38,601 nucleotides of DNA. Origin: a virus (taxonomy: Duplodnaviria; Caudoviricetes). The notes beneath the pieces are model-generated. The model was not told the DNA's origin. It saw nothing but the letters and a program-made list of their open reading frames with translations, and made no database searches. Location of the stretch: positions 1 through 38,601 of the IMG/VR virus record IMGVR_UViG_3300029825_000023; one strand, 5' to 3'. Position numbers and translations under genes: made by a program. The number at the start of each line of letters is the position of its first letter. Position 1 is the first letter of the stretch. Below are positions 26,082 through 34,114 of this stretch, in pieces.

Positions 26082-26453
26082 TTAGTCGTCTTGCATCCTT
26101 TGCTGTCTGTATGTAGTCTTTACATCTAGTGATTCCTTTAGCCTTTTCCTAAAGGTTATCATGTTGCATCTACTGCAATTGTATTCTTCGTTAATAAAAA
26201 ATGATGAGTGTATGTCTTTGCATGTATTGCAAAACCTATCAGCTATTTCAGCATCGTCTAATGTACAGAATAGCTCTAACTTAAACTTGGTCCAATTCGG
26301 TGTTTCCTTGACTTTAGTTATTTTCCACGTTGAGTCTTGAAGATGTCTGTTTGAAATAATATTAATTGCCAACCACTTGCAAACCTTCATATAAGCGTCC
26401 TTTGACTTAGCAGCTTTGAATGTCCTTTCGAAATACTTTTCGCTTATTTGCAT
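26082..26453 (-). CDS. Hypothetical protein with two CxxC motifs
   Basis: CNTC...CSRC. Confidence 0.7.
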   Translation of the reverse strand: MQISEKYFERTFKAAKSKDAYMKVCKWLAINIISNRHLQDSTWKITKVKETPNWTKFKLELFCTLDDAEIADRFCNTCKDIHSSFFINEEYNCSRCNMITFRKRLKESLDVKTTYRQQRMQDD

Positions 26454-26933
26454 TTATTCCTCCCCCTGACCCCATCTAATTATTTTAACCTCTGAGGTTC
26501 TGTGTCCCATTCTGAGAGCCTCTTGATGATTTGGTATATAGATATCAATCTTGTTTCCTTGAATTGACTGTCCCCTATCCTCAACCTCGTAGAGGTTACC
26601 ATCAATTTCAACCAATGTACCAAACGGGAAGCGGTTGTCCATCGCTATTGTGTGGTTTTCCCTTGCTAACCTGCCATTAGCCGTTATTCCTCTCGTGGGG
26701 TTGCCAAATGATTTGCCTGTACATTTTTCACATGAGCAATAATAATATATGTCTGCAATAATAACTTCACTCTCAGATGATTCTACAACCTCGGGTAAAC
26801 TTTCAACTTCCTGCGTAACCTCGATTGGCTTGTTATATGCCGCAATTTGCTCTTGTACGTTTTTATCAACTGTGTGTAATGCAAAAAGTATGATTCCTGA
26901 TAAAAGTAAAACTGATAGCATCTTTGCTTTCAA
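26454..26933 (-). CDS. Exported 3D-domain (lytic transglycosylase-like) protein
   Basis: Signal/TM; GITANG, TIAMD..FPFGT, VEDRG, IDIY. Confidence 0.88.
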   Translation of the reverse strand: MKAKMLSVLLLSGIILFALHTVDKNVQEQIAAYNKPIEVTQEVESLPEVVESSESEVIIADIYYYCSCEKCTGKSFGNPTRGITANGRLARENHTIAMDNRFPFGTLVEIDGNLYEVEDRGQSIQGNKIDIYIPNHQEALRMGHRTSEVKIIRWGQGEE

Positions 26934-26945
26934 GTTATTCCCTCC

Positions 26946-27398
26946 CTAGGCGTTTACTTCAATTTCCATTTTTGCTAACCTATCAGCCTCCTCGTTGTAT
27001 TTATTTCCGCTATGGCCTTTTACTTTGTAAAAGCTACAACTTATTTTGCCATAAACAAGGCTAAATAATCCAAGCCACAAATCTTTGTTTTTTACATCAG
27101 TACCTGCTTTTGTTTTCCAGCCATTTTTTGCCCATGCTAACAACCAATTCTGCTTTATGGCATTAACAACGTAAGAGCTATCTGAAAATATATGGATATT
27201 ATCGGCATTTTGCTCTGTTGCTAACCTTATCGCTTCTATTGCTGCTTTAAGCTCCATGCGGTTGTTTGTTGTATCAGCCTCATAACCTGAAATATGATAT
27301 TTCTTCTTTTTTGAAGGAATTAAAATGATAGCGCCCCACCCGCCGGGGCCAGGATTGCCACTGCAAGCACCATCAGTAAAAGCTTTTATTATTTCCAT
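26946..27398 (-). CDS. rnhA: Ribonuclease HI
   Basis: TDGACSGNPGPGGWG, TTNNRMEL, SDS.YV, VKGHSG..NE.AD. Confidence 0.95.
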   Translation of the reverse strand: MEIIKAFTDGACSGNPGPGGWGAIILIPSKKKKYHISGYEADTTNNRMELKAAIEAIRLATEQNADNIHIFSDSSYVVNAIKQNWLLAWAKNGWKTKAGTDVKNKDLWLGLFSLVYGKISCSFYKVKGHSGNKYNEEADRLAKMEIEVNA

Positions 27399-27401
27399 AT
27401 A

Positions 27402-27761
27402 TCAAATATCAACTTTCCTTTCAGAGTCAAACATCTTACCTAGCTCTATGTAGCCATATAGAACTAAAATAGACTTGCACATGCCTTCATACAGTGTCCG
27501 AGCTATAATCGTATAAATATGCTGATGTTCAACAACTTCTTTAATCATAAACGACCAAGCTTCTTCCGAGGCTGAATAAATATAAGCAATTCTGACAGGG
27601 TACTTTTTAATTACTTTTTTATACCCCTCTTCTAATACCTCTAGTGTGAGTTCGTCCGCTTCAAAACGCCTGAACCATTTTGTCTTCAAGACTGCCTTCT
27701 GCAACTTGGTAAGACTTGCATTATCATCTATTTTCATACGTAGTATATCTTCTAACTTCAT
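27402..27761 (-). CDS. Hypothetical protein
   Basis: 119-aa ORF with GGAGG RBS. Confidence 0.75.
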   Translation of the reverse strand: MKLEDILRMKIDDNASLTKLQKAVLKTKWFRRFEADELTLEVLEEGYKKVIKKYPVRIAYIYSASEEAWSFMIKEVVEHQHIYTIIARTLYEGMCKSILVLYGYIELGKMFDSERKVDI

Positions 27762-27785
27762 GCCTTCCTCCCCTTAAATTTATGA

Positions 27786-27815
27786 AAAAGGGGCTAAGCT
27801 TCCCTAGCCCCTTTT
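27786..27815 (-). terminator. Rho-independent terminator
   Basis: AAAAAGGGGCTA/TAGCCCCTTTTT. Confidence 0.75.
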
Positions 27816-27841
27816 GGCTCTTTGTGCAGAGTCGGTACTTC

Positions 27842-28396
27842 CTAGATGTCCCAGTAATCGTCGTCTTCATCTTCGTCTTCAGGCTTGCCAACTGCTTTTT
27901 CCAGCATTGCAACTACGTCGGGCTTGGTCATGCCCTTTTTGATTTTACAACCCAGCTCTTTTGCAGCTTCCTTGAGTTCAGACTGTGACATCTTGGAAAA
28001 GTCAGGACCATCTTTAGTGGTCTCTTCGTCATCGTCGTCCCATTCATCTTCCTCTACGTCTTCTTTTTCCTTTTTGCTGGCCTTTTTACCCTTTTTGCCG
28101 GCAGGCTTTTCCTTTTTGTCTTCCTTGTCCTTTTTGCTTTTGCCTTTGGAGGCTTTTTCCGCAGGTGGAGCTTCGTCCTCATACTCGTAAGGCTCTACGC
28201 CTTCAATCATTCCTTTGTTGATTTGGCGGACCGAGATATGTGACGGGATAGATTTGATTATTTCAACCAAACCGGCTTCAGACGATGCGTTGACCGCAAA
28301 CATCGGGAAACGTCTACAGATATCAGCTATTGCTTCTTTGTCTTCTCCCGCCCTAATAACATCCAATGCGTCTCCGGGTCTCCAATTCTTAGCCAT
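27842..28396 (-). CDS. Lys/acid-rich protein with C-terminal HeH/Rho-N-like motif (putative DNA-binding)
   Basis: DFSKMSQSELKEAAKELG...MTKPDVVAML. Confidence 0.65.
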   Translation of the reverse strand: MAKNWRPGDALDVIRAGEDKEAIADICRRFPMFAVNASSEAGLVEIIKSIPSHISVRQINKGMIEGVEPYEYEDEAPPAEKASKGKSKKDKEDKKEKPAGKKGKKASKKEKEDVEEDEWDDDDEETTKDGPDFSKMSQSELKEAAKELGCKIKKGMTKPDVVAMLEKAVGKPEDEDEDDDYWDI

Positions 28397-28496
28397 TTTT
28401 AATTTCCTCGCTTTCATTTTTAAAATTTATTTTTAATGTTTGTTTTCTAACAACTATGTGCCTCTTCTGAGCGGTATTTTAAGCAAATTGAAAAAT

Positions 28497-28649
28497 CTAA
28501 AATTTTAATTTGTTTAAAGTAAAGACGTAAAGTTCTAAAATCCTTAAACTTTCTAAAGCTGATTCAAAATCCTCATCGTTAAAATCTTCTGTTAGCCTAT
28601 CTAAAACCTCCTTTGCTAGCAATTTACATTTGAGATATTCTTTGTCCAC
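28497..28649 (-). CDS. Hypothetical 50-aa protein (not in the ORF track)
   Basis: AGGAGGTG RBS + GTG; MDKEYLKCKLLAKEVLDRL... Confidence 0.55.
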   Translation of the reverse strand: MDKEYLKCKLLAKEVLDRLTEDFNDEDFESALESLRILELYVFTLNKLKF

Positions 28650-28709
28650 TTGTTCACCTCCTTAAAGGGGGAGGGAAGGGGCCGAGGCCCCTCATTTGTT
28701 TTTATGTTT

Positions 28710-28919
28710 TTAGAAATATTTTTCCCATCTGGCGGGAATACGAAGTTCAATATCTAAAATACCATAGACTAAATCTTCTTTTGTTGACCTTTTATCAAAA
28801 CCTCCGACGATGTTTGTCATCCTGTTTACCATTTCGATCAATTCATTCTTGCTCTTGCTCTTCAATTCGTTGTATCTTCTTTCCCTTTTTTCCCTAAACT
28901 CGTTTATTCTCTTCTCCAT
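28710..28919 (-). CDS. Small early protein with HeH/Rho-N-like motif
   Basis: LKSKSKNELIEMV...STKEDLVYGIL; follows a promoter. Confidence 0.65.
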   Translation of the reverse strand: MEKRINEFREKRERRYNELKSKSKNELIEMVNRMTNIVGGFDKRSTKEDLVYGILDIELRIPARWEKYF

Positions 28920-28974
28920 CCTGTCATCCTCCTCTGAGTGATTTTATTTTGGCCTTTTTGTTGGCCTTGATTCT

Positions 28975-29022
28975 ATTATACCATGTATGGCTGAAATGTA
29001 AACCATTTTTGTAAATATTTTT
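28975..29022 (-). promoter_or_regulatory. Early promoter GTTTACA-16-(TGG)TATAAT with UP element
   Basis: Near-copy of 7801-7875. Confidence 0.8.
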
Positions 29023-29033
29023 TGTAATTATTA

Positions 29034-29270
29034 CTAAATATCTAGTTCGTCGATTGCTTCATTGATGGCTTCGCTTACCTTTGGTAGCATTTCAGCTGGA
29101 ATATTAAGTGCCCCTTTGAGGAAAAAATTCATTGGCTTGCCTTCCTCATCTTTGGTATGTATTTGCTGGCCAATGAGTACTTTGTCTTCCCTCTTGTTGT
29201 GGCTGATAACGATGGTCCTTTTGTCGGTTACCTCAATCCGGGCGATTTCCTTTAAATTTCTTACGTACAT
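29034..29270 (-). CDS. Hypothetical, possibly PC4-like ssDNA-binding protein
   Basis: Beta-rich N-terminus, KGALNIP, C-terminal helix. Confidence 0.5.
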   Translation of the reverse strand: MYVRNLKEIARIEVTDKRTIVISHNKREDKVLIGQQIHTKDEEGKPMNFFLKGALNIPAEMLPKVSEAINEAIDELDI

Positions 29271-29470
29271 TTCGCATTCTCCTTCTTTTTATTTTTATAT
29301 TTCCTTATTTCTGATAAGATTATTTCATAAGCCATTGCTTTCTTTGTTTTAACAAGGTCATTCTGAATAGGCTTTTCAAAACTATGACCTTCCTTGAGAG
29401 CTGCTATTTCGCCCTCAGTTTGTTTAACAATTCGAACAATGGACTTAAGAAGTTCCTTCTTAGTCGTCAT
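29261..29470 (-). CDS. Hypothetical protein
   Basis: Packed ORF. Confidence 0.6.
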   Translation of the reverse strand: MTTKKELLKSIVRIVKQTEGEIAALKEGHSFEKPIQNDLVKTKKAMAYEIILSEIRKYKNKKKENAKCT

Positions 29471-29834
29471 TATCACTATCCTCAAGCTCTACCTCAGCAA
29501 CGAGCTTTATTTTAAGCAGCTCTTCCTCACCTATGATTGCTACCAGATTATCATGTTCTATGTAGTCAATGTCTGATGTAAGCTTAAGATGACCTTGGCC
29601 ATCCCGGTCAATGCTTAGCCCTTGGAAGTTAAATGTGCCTAGCCTAAGAGCTTTCTTTCCTGCTGCTTTTACAATAACATCAATGTGCTGGCCAACAAGC
29701 ATAATTACTCTGGCCATGCTTGCTCTTTCGTCATAAGCAAATTTAAGCTTTAACTCAAGAATCCTATTCTTCTTAGTGCTGTGGCCGTCATATTGGCCAA
29801 CTGCTACCACTACAATTTCCTGTGTTTCACTCAA
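29460..29834 (-). CDS. Hypothetical protein
   Basis: AGGAGG RBS; packed ORF. Confidence 0.7.
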   Translation of the reverse strand: MSETQEIVVVAVGQYDGHSTKKNRILELKLKFAYDERASMARVIMLVGQHIDVIVKAAGKKALRLGTFNFQGLSIDRDGQGHLKLTSDIDYIEHDNLVAIIGEEELLKIKLVAEVELEDSDNDD

Positions 29835-30325
29835 TTCTTCGACCTCCTATTTTCATATTCCTGCTGCTTTTCTTCCCAAAATTTTTCTTTGTTACCCGAA
29901 GTGATTTTACGCCTATTTAGCTGCTGGCTTGCCGTTTCATCTTGGTCCTTTTGAAGCAATTCATTTATAATAGTAGGTTGTGGCTTGTTCGCCATTGAAA
30001 GATTATTACCAAACAAATGGTTATATACCTCTTGTATGTTATTAACCTCTACAACCAAGTATAGTTTATCTGGCTTTATAAAGTCAATAATGAATACCGG
30101 GGCTTTGTGTTCTACCATTGCATGATATTCCAACTTCTTGATATCATCAAGCGTTATTCTGTAGCTGCTTGCGTCTGTTGACTTAAGTTGGGCTAACACA
30201 TGGTCATTATAGCCGTCTTCCTTTTCCTTCCAACCTGCACCAGATGCTTTAGTCGGCGTAAGGCCCAACCTCTCCATTATTTCCTTTTCACGCTTGAAAT
30301 ACCACTTAATTGGTCTTTTTGCCAT
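29831..30325 (-). CDS. PD-(D/E)xK Holliday-junction-resolvase-like nuclease
   Basis: E...PTKASGAG..KEDG...QLKST. Confidence 0.6.
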   Translation of the reverse strand: MAKRPIKWYFKREKEIMERLGLTPTKASGAGWKEKEDGYNDHVLAQLKSTDASSYRITLDDIKKLEYHAMVEHKAPVFIIDFIKPDKLYLVVEVNNIQEVYNHLFGNNLSMANKPQPTIINELLQKDQDETASQQLNRRKITSGNKEKFWEEKQQEYENRRSKN

Positions 30326-30609
30326 TTTGAATCTCGAATCTCCATAGCCCCCATAATAGCATAATTAGCTAAATCCAGCAGGGTGTCGATTGCCGTCTCG
30401 TCGTTCTCCTCTGCACCCTTAAGCAGGAGCTGTTTTGCTCGGCTAAGCTTGTCGTCTAGCCTGATACATAGCATTGTTGGCCCATACTCTTCGTAGGTCT
30501 TTGAGAATGAATTACCATAAGCTGCATTCTTTTGCTCATACAAATCATTCAAAAGCATGCATAATCTTTTATGGTTCCTGACGTTAGCAGGTTTCTCCCC
30601 ATTTACCAT
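30277..30609 (-). CDS. DUF1599 / nucleotide-modification-associated all-alpha NTP-PPase-like protein
   Basis: KNAAYGNSF...IRLDDKLSR...DTLLDLANYAIM. Confidence 0.85.
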   Translation of the reverse strand: MVNGEKPANVRNHKRLCMLLNDLYEQKNAAYGNSFSKTYEEYGPTMLCIRLDDKLSRAKQLLLKGAEENDETAIDTLLDLANYAIMGAMEIRDSKWQKDQLSGISSVKRK

Positions 30610-30932
30610 TTTTTTATCCTTCCTTTGCATAATCTTTCGGCGTCATGTGAAAGCTTAATTTCGTCCTCCGAGCTAAGTTTCCCGGGCAAATCAAACCCCG
30701 TACTACCATCGAAGTCCTTAAAGTAACAGGCATAACGTGACAACCTCGACTGCCGTGGATGTTGCCCCATTAAGCTTACCAACTGATAGCAGTTACGGTC
30801 AAACTGTGAATCTGTCACAATGCTTTGTCCTAGATTGTAGTAAACAATACTATGAACAATAATCCACCTCTGTAGTAGTTCAATCTTTTCTAACACAGTA
30901 AAGTGCGGGTTGCGCTTGAAGTCCATTTGCAT
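30603..30932 (-). CDS. Stand-alone NAD-dependent ligase domain-Ia-like protein
   Basis: HSIVYY...IVTDSQFD...L. Confidence 0.7.
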   Translation of the reverse strand: MQMDFKRNPHFTVLEKIELLQRWIIVHSIVYYNLGQSIVTDSQFDRNCYQLVSLMGQHPRQSRLSRYACYFKDFDGSTGFDLPGKLSSEDEIKLSHDAERLCKGRIKKW

Positions 30933-30951
30933 TAGCCTCCTTAATAAAGCT

Positions 30952-30980
30952 CTAAGGACGGATGGTCAGTCCGTCCTTAG
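30952..30980. other. 11-bp perfect hairpin (terminator or processing site)
   Basis: CTAAGGACGGA/TCCGTCCTTAG. Confidence 0.55.
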
Positions 30981-31016
30981 TATAAGTAAAAGAGGGAGGT
31001 ATTTAGGAGGAAGGTC

Positions 31017-32132
31017 CTAGGCTATTGCCTTGAAAGCCTTCCAATATTTATTACTGGTGTTAACTGGTCTGATTGTCCTGATTGTATCCTTGTCCATTCC
31101 TTTAACAACTGCTATTACTATGACCTTTTCTAGGGGCAGAGCTTTTTCCAGTTTTTCTACCGATATGATTGCCCGGTAGCTGAAGGTTGCTCTAATTCCG
31201 ATTGATTTGCATTCTTCACGAAGTTCGTTGATGAAGTCTACCAGTTCTTTGTTGCCTTTGGCCAGCGCCATCTCTATGTTCCGGTCGTAGTCAAATTCTA
31301 TTACTGCAAACCTGTCCAGCGAGCTTTGGTCCAGCGTTAACCTTCCTGTATACTGTTCGTCTGCCCCATCGCCTACCGTGTTTCCTGCTGCTACTATCCT
31401 GAACTCCGGGTGAGCAAATATCTTGCCGTTTGGAAATTCGAAATATCTATTTGCTATAGCTGCATTGAGTAGTACTAAAACCTCTGGGATGCTGGCGTCC
31501 ATTTCATCCAGGAAGAATAAACCGCCATCCTTGAAAGCCTTGTAAAATTCTGTTTCGTGGTAGATTCCGCCTGCATCAATGAACCCTGTGATTTTGAACT
31601 CCTGCTGTACTGCGTTTGTGAAGTAGAAGTCTAATTCTAGGTCCGTTGCTATTTGCTGGAGTGTGTGGTTTTTACCTGAGCCAGCTGGCCCTACCAAGTA
31701 TACTGGGATGTCGTTCTCAATGCATGCTTTGATTGTTTCATATTCTTTGTGTACTACGTATCCGTTGTTGGTTTTTGCTTCGTGTTCCTTTTCAATCTTT
31801 TCGATTGCCTTTTCAAAGGTGATTCCTTTTTCGTAGTTCCCTATCCATTCAACGTCTTGTGCTTCGTTATTTTCGTTTACCTGTGAGAACTTATAGATGT
31901 TTGTGTTTAAGTTGAATAGGTAGCTTCCTGCCAAGACGCCGGTTTTCCGAGGGTAGAGCTTTCTTGTGTGAGCCTTGTGACCTTTGGTGATTATCGCCTT
32001 TTCGAAGTTGTCAAGTGCTTGTACATTTAAGCTGTTGTTGTCTACCTTGATTTCCACTTGCTTGTCCTCCTCTTGAGCGTTGATGTTCTTCACCATAACC
32101 GCCTTTTCAGTTTCCATTAAAATCTCTAACAT
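31017..32132 (-). CDS. MoxR/CobS-like AAA+ ATPase
   Basis: GPAGSGKN, FFLDEMD, AAGNT, LDRF. Confidence 0.9.
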   Translation of the reverse strand: MLEILMETEKAVMVKNINAQEEDKQVEIKVDNNSLNVQALDNFEKAIITKGHKAHTRKLYPRKTGVLAGSYLFNLNTNIYKFSQVNENNEAQDVEWIGNYEKGITFEKAIEKIEKEHEAKTNNGYVVHKEYETIKACIENDIPVYLVGPAGSGKNHTLQQIATDLELDFYFTNAVQQEFKITGFIDAGGIYHETEFYKAFKDGGLFFLDEMDASIPEVLVLLNAAIANRYFEFPNGKIFAHPEFRIVAAGNTVGDGADEQYTGRLTLDQSSLDRFAVIEFDYDRNIEMALAKGNKELVDFINELREECKSIGIRATFSYRAIISVEKLEKALPLEKVIVIAVVKGMDKDTIRTIRPVNTSNKYWKAFKAIA

Positions 32133-32231
32133 TAATATCGTCCTCCTCTGAGTGATTTTAATTTCTGAGTGATTATGTTTCCCCCTTTATTCGATTTTCA
32201 AAGAGCTTAGGAAGGCCTTGTCCATGTATTA

Positions 32232-32260
32232 ATTATAACATAACCACTCAGAATGTAAAC
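32232..32260 (-). promoter_or_regulatory. Early promoter GTTTACA-16-(TGT)TATAAT
   Basis: -35 at 32254-32259; -10 at 32232-32237. Confidence 0.75.
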
Positions 32261-33004
32261 CTATTTTTGAATCTTTTTTATAAAGATTTCACCTTTTTTC
32301 AAATATTTCTTAAGGGCATCTTCCTCTAATGGCACGCCGTAAGCATTAAAGCTACCGTGCAATGTTGGGTCAACCTCTATTAGCCTGAATAAAATTCTTC
32401 TTAGCATGCTAGGATGCACCAGCGGAAAAGCTACTTTTGAAACGTTCAACCGTTCACTTGCTGATTTAATTTTAATTCTGCAAAGAACCCCTTGTTTTTT
32501 ATCTGCTGAACCGAGGATAATGTAGAGGTTTACCGCATATCCTTGTGTTTCCAACGTTCTTACTAAATGCAAAACTTTGATGCTTTCCTCTTCAATTACC
32601 TGCTTGCTTATTCCTGCATGATAGCTGATGTCTTTTACCAACGTAATTATCTTTTTCTTTTCGGAAACTTTCTTTTTGTTGTACATGTTTGTGGGTATTC
32701 CTTGCAAATACCGAGGAACTGAAGCCTGATAGCCTACTACATCATATGTTGTTTTCTGCTTTGTTGCATTGTCGATTTTGATATCGTTAAGCTTTTTAGT
32801 AAGAACCTGCGCTTCAGCTCTCCAGCCGTGCAAGAAAAGGTCCACTGCTTCATCATAACTTTTAGTACCTGTGAACCATTCATTGCCTGTTATGCTTGAC
32901 CTTATATGTTCAGCTTGAAAAATACTTCCGTAAGGAGTATCTGTGATGTATCTGTATAGCTCGTTTAAGCTATTGAAGTTGTGCACCCCTGTGATTTTAC
33001 TCAT
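32261..33004 (-). CDS. vWA/CobT-like partner of the MoxR ATPase
   Basis: DVVG...VPRYLQG.P..M; DIS; HPSMLRR; adjacent to the AAA gene. Confidence 0.65.
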   Translation of the reverse strand: MSKITGVHNFNSLNELYRYITDTPYGSIFQAEHIRSSITGNEWFTGTKSYDEAVDLFLHGWRAEAQVLTKKLNDIKIDNATKQKTTYDVVGYQASVPRYLQGIPTNMYNKKKVSEKKKIITLVKDISYHAGISKQVIEEESIKVLHLVRTLETQGYAVNLYIILGSADKKQGVLCRIKIKSASERLNVSKVAFPLVHPSMLRRILFRLIEVDPTLHGSFNAYGVPLEEDALKKYLKKGEIFIKKIQK

Positions 33005-33152
33005 ATTTTGCCTCCTTATTCTTTAAGACTGCCTGACTTTGTTTTCTTGACCTTACGGTAACCAACCTTTTCGACCAAGTAGTCCCATCAGTACCGCTTA
33101 ACGCCTGCGGCTTGCTTTGTTATTTTCTTGTCCAAGAGCTGTTGTTGATTCT

Positions 33153-33181
33153 ATTCTATCACGTCTGTCTGGAAAGTAAAC
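33153..33181 (-). promoter_or_regulatory. Early promoter GTTTACT-16-(TGA)TAGAAT
   Basis: -35 at 33175-33180; -10 at 33153-33158. Confidence 0.7.
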
Positions 33182-33188
33182 CATTTTT

Positions 33189-33287
33189 TCAATTTATTTG
33201 CATTATTTTTATTCCAGCCCCTTTTTTACTGTAGCAATTTGAATCATGTGCAGCTACCGACTTCGCTATTTGAAAGTATTTTTCCAT
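33189..33287 (-). pseudogene. 32-aa ORF resembling the N-terminus of dCMP deaminase
   Basis: GGAGG RBS; MEKYFQIAKSVAAHDSNCYSKKGA versus the YF..A..VA.RS.C....VGA consensus. Confidence 0.45.
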
Positions 33288-33288
33288 G

Positions 33289-33909
33289 TTATTCCTCCAA
33301 TTTCAGATTTGGGTTATTAACAAAAGCATAGAGTGCTATACAGCCGCTATCTGCTGCATCGTCATCGTAGTAAACCTTTCCGGCGTTCTTGCCTTTTTTG
33401 TGTATTTTATAGCTGCCATCTTTGTTTTTTATGGTAACATCAAAGCCTTGTTTTTGTACAAACAATATAGCAGCTGCCTTCTCAGGCTTTTCAAAGCTCT
33501 TATATTTTACAGCATCTGTTTTGCTATTACCAAGCACTTTCGACTTCCAGCTCCTTGTATCTACAGAATAAACAGGAACATTGTATTGATACGCTGTGTC
33601 AACTATCGTTCCTATCAATGCCCCTGTTGCTTTTAAGTAGTCAGGTCTTAATCCAAAGCTTTGCTCTTGTTTAGGCCCTTGGCTGAACGTCCTTATTCGT
33701 TCTACCAAAATAACTATTTCATCTGCCTTGCCCTTGTTTGCTTTAAGTATCTTAGACAGAAGCGTCGATACATGTAACCGTTTTTCTATCTTGTTTTTAC
33801 AACCATTAAAATCAATACTTCTTACAACTAAAAGTTTATTATCAGCTGCTATACTTATTCCTGTTCTAGCATAGCTTTGGTCTATACCAATGGATAGCTT
33901 TTTATACAT
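33289..33909 (-). CDS. RuvC-like Holliday junction resolvase
   Basis: IGIDQSYARTG, ILVE, WKS.V.G, DDAADS..IA. Confidence 0.8.
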   Translation of the reverse strand: MYKKLSIGIDQSYARTGISIAADNKLLVVRSIDFNGCKNKIEKRLHVSTLLSKILKANKGKADEIVILVERIRTFSQGPKQEQSFGLRPDYLKATGALIGTIVDTAYQYNVPVYSVDTRSWKSKVLGNSKTDAVKYKSFEKPEKAAAILFVQKQGFDVTIKNKDGSYKIHKKGKNAGKVYYDDDAADSGCIALYAFVNNPNLKLEE

Positions 33910-33950
33910 ACAAACAATAACTATCCTCCTTTAGTAGAGTAGTTAACTTA

Positions 33951-33977
33951 AGTAGTAGTAGTAGTAGTAGTAGTAGT
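33951..33977. repeat. (AGT)9 trinucleotide repeat in an intergenic region
   Basis: Direct reading. Confidence 0.95.
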
Positions 33978-34114
33978 CTTATAAGATAGTAAGCAGTACC
34001 CTTCGCCGCACGGGTGCGTCGCGTTAACAGGTGCGATTTTGTGCGTCCGACGTAGGCGACAGCTTGGTTGTCAATAGAAGCCCTACATCTAGGCATCTCT
34101 CAAGCCCTTGCATT

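Noticed and set aside
33902-34096. 64-aa ORF with a poly-Leu run
   Set aside because: The poly-Leu is just the (AGT)9 repeat; no convincing RBS
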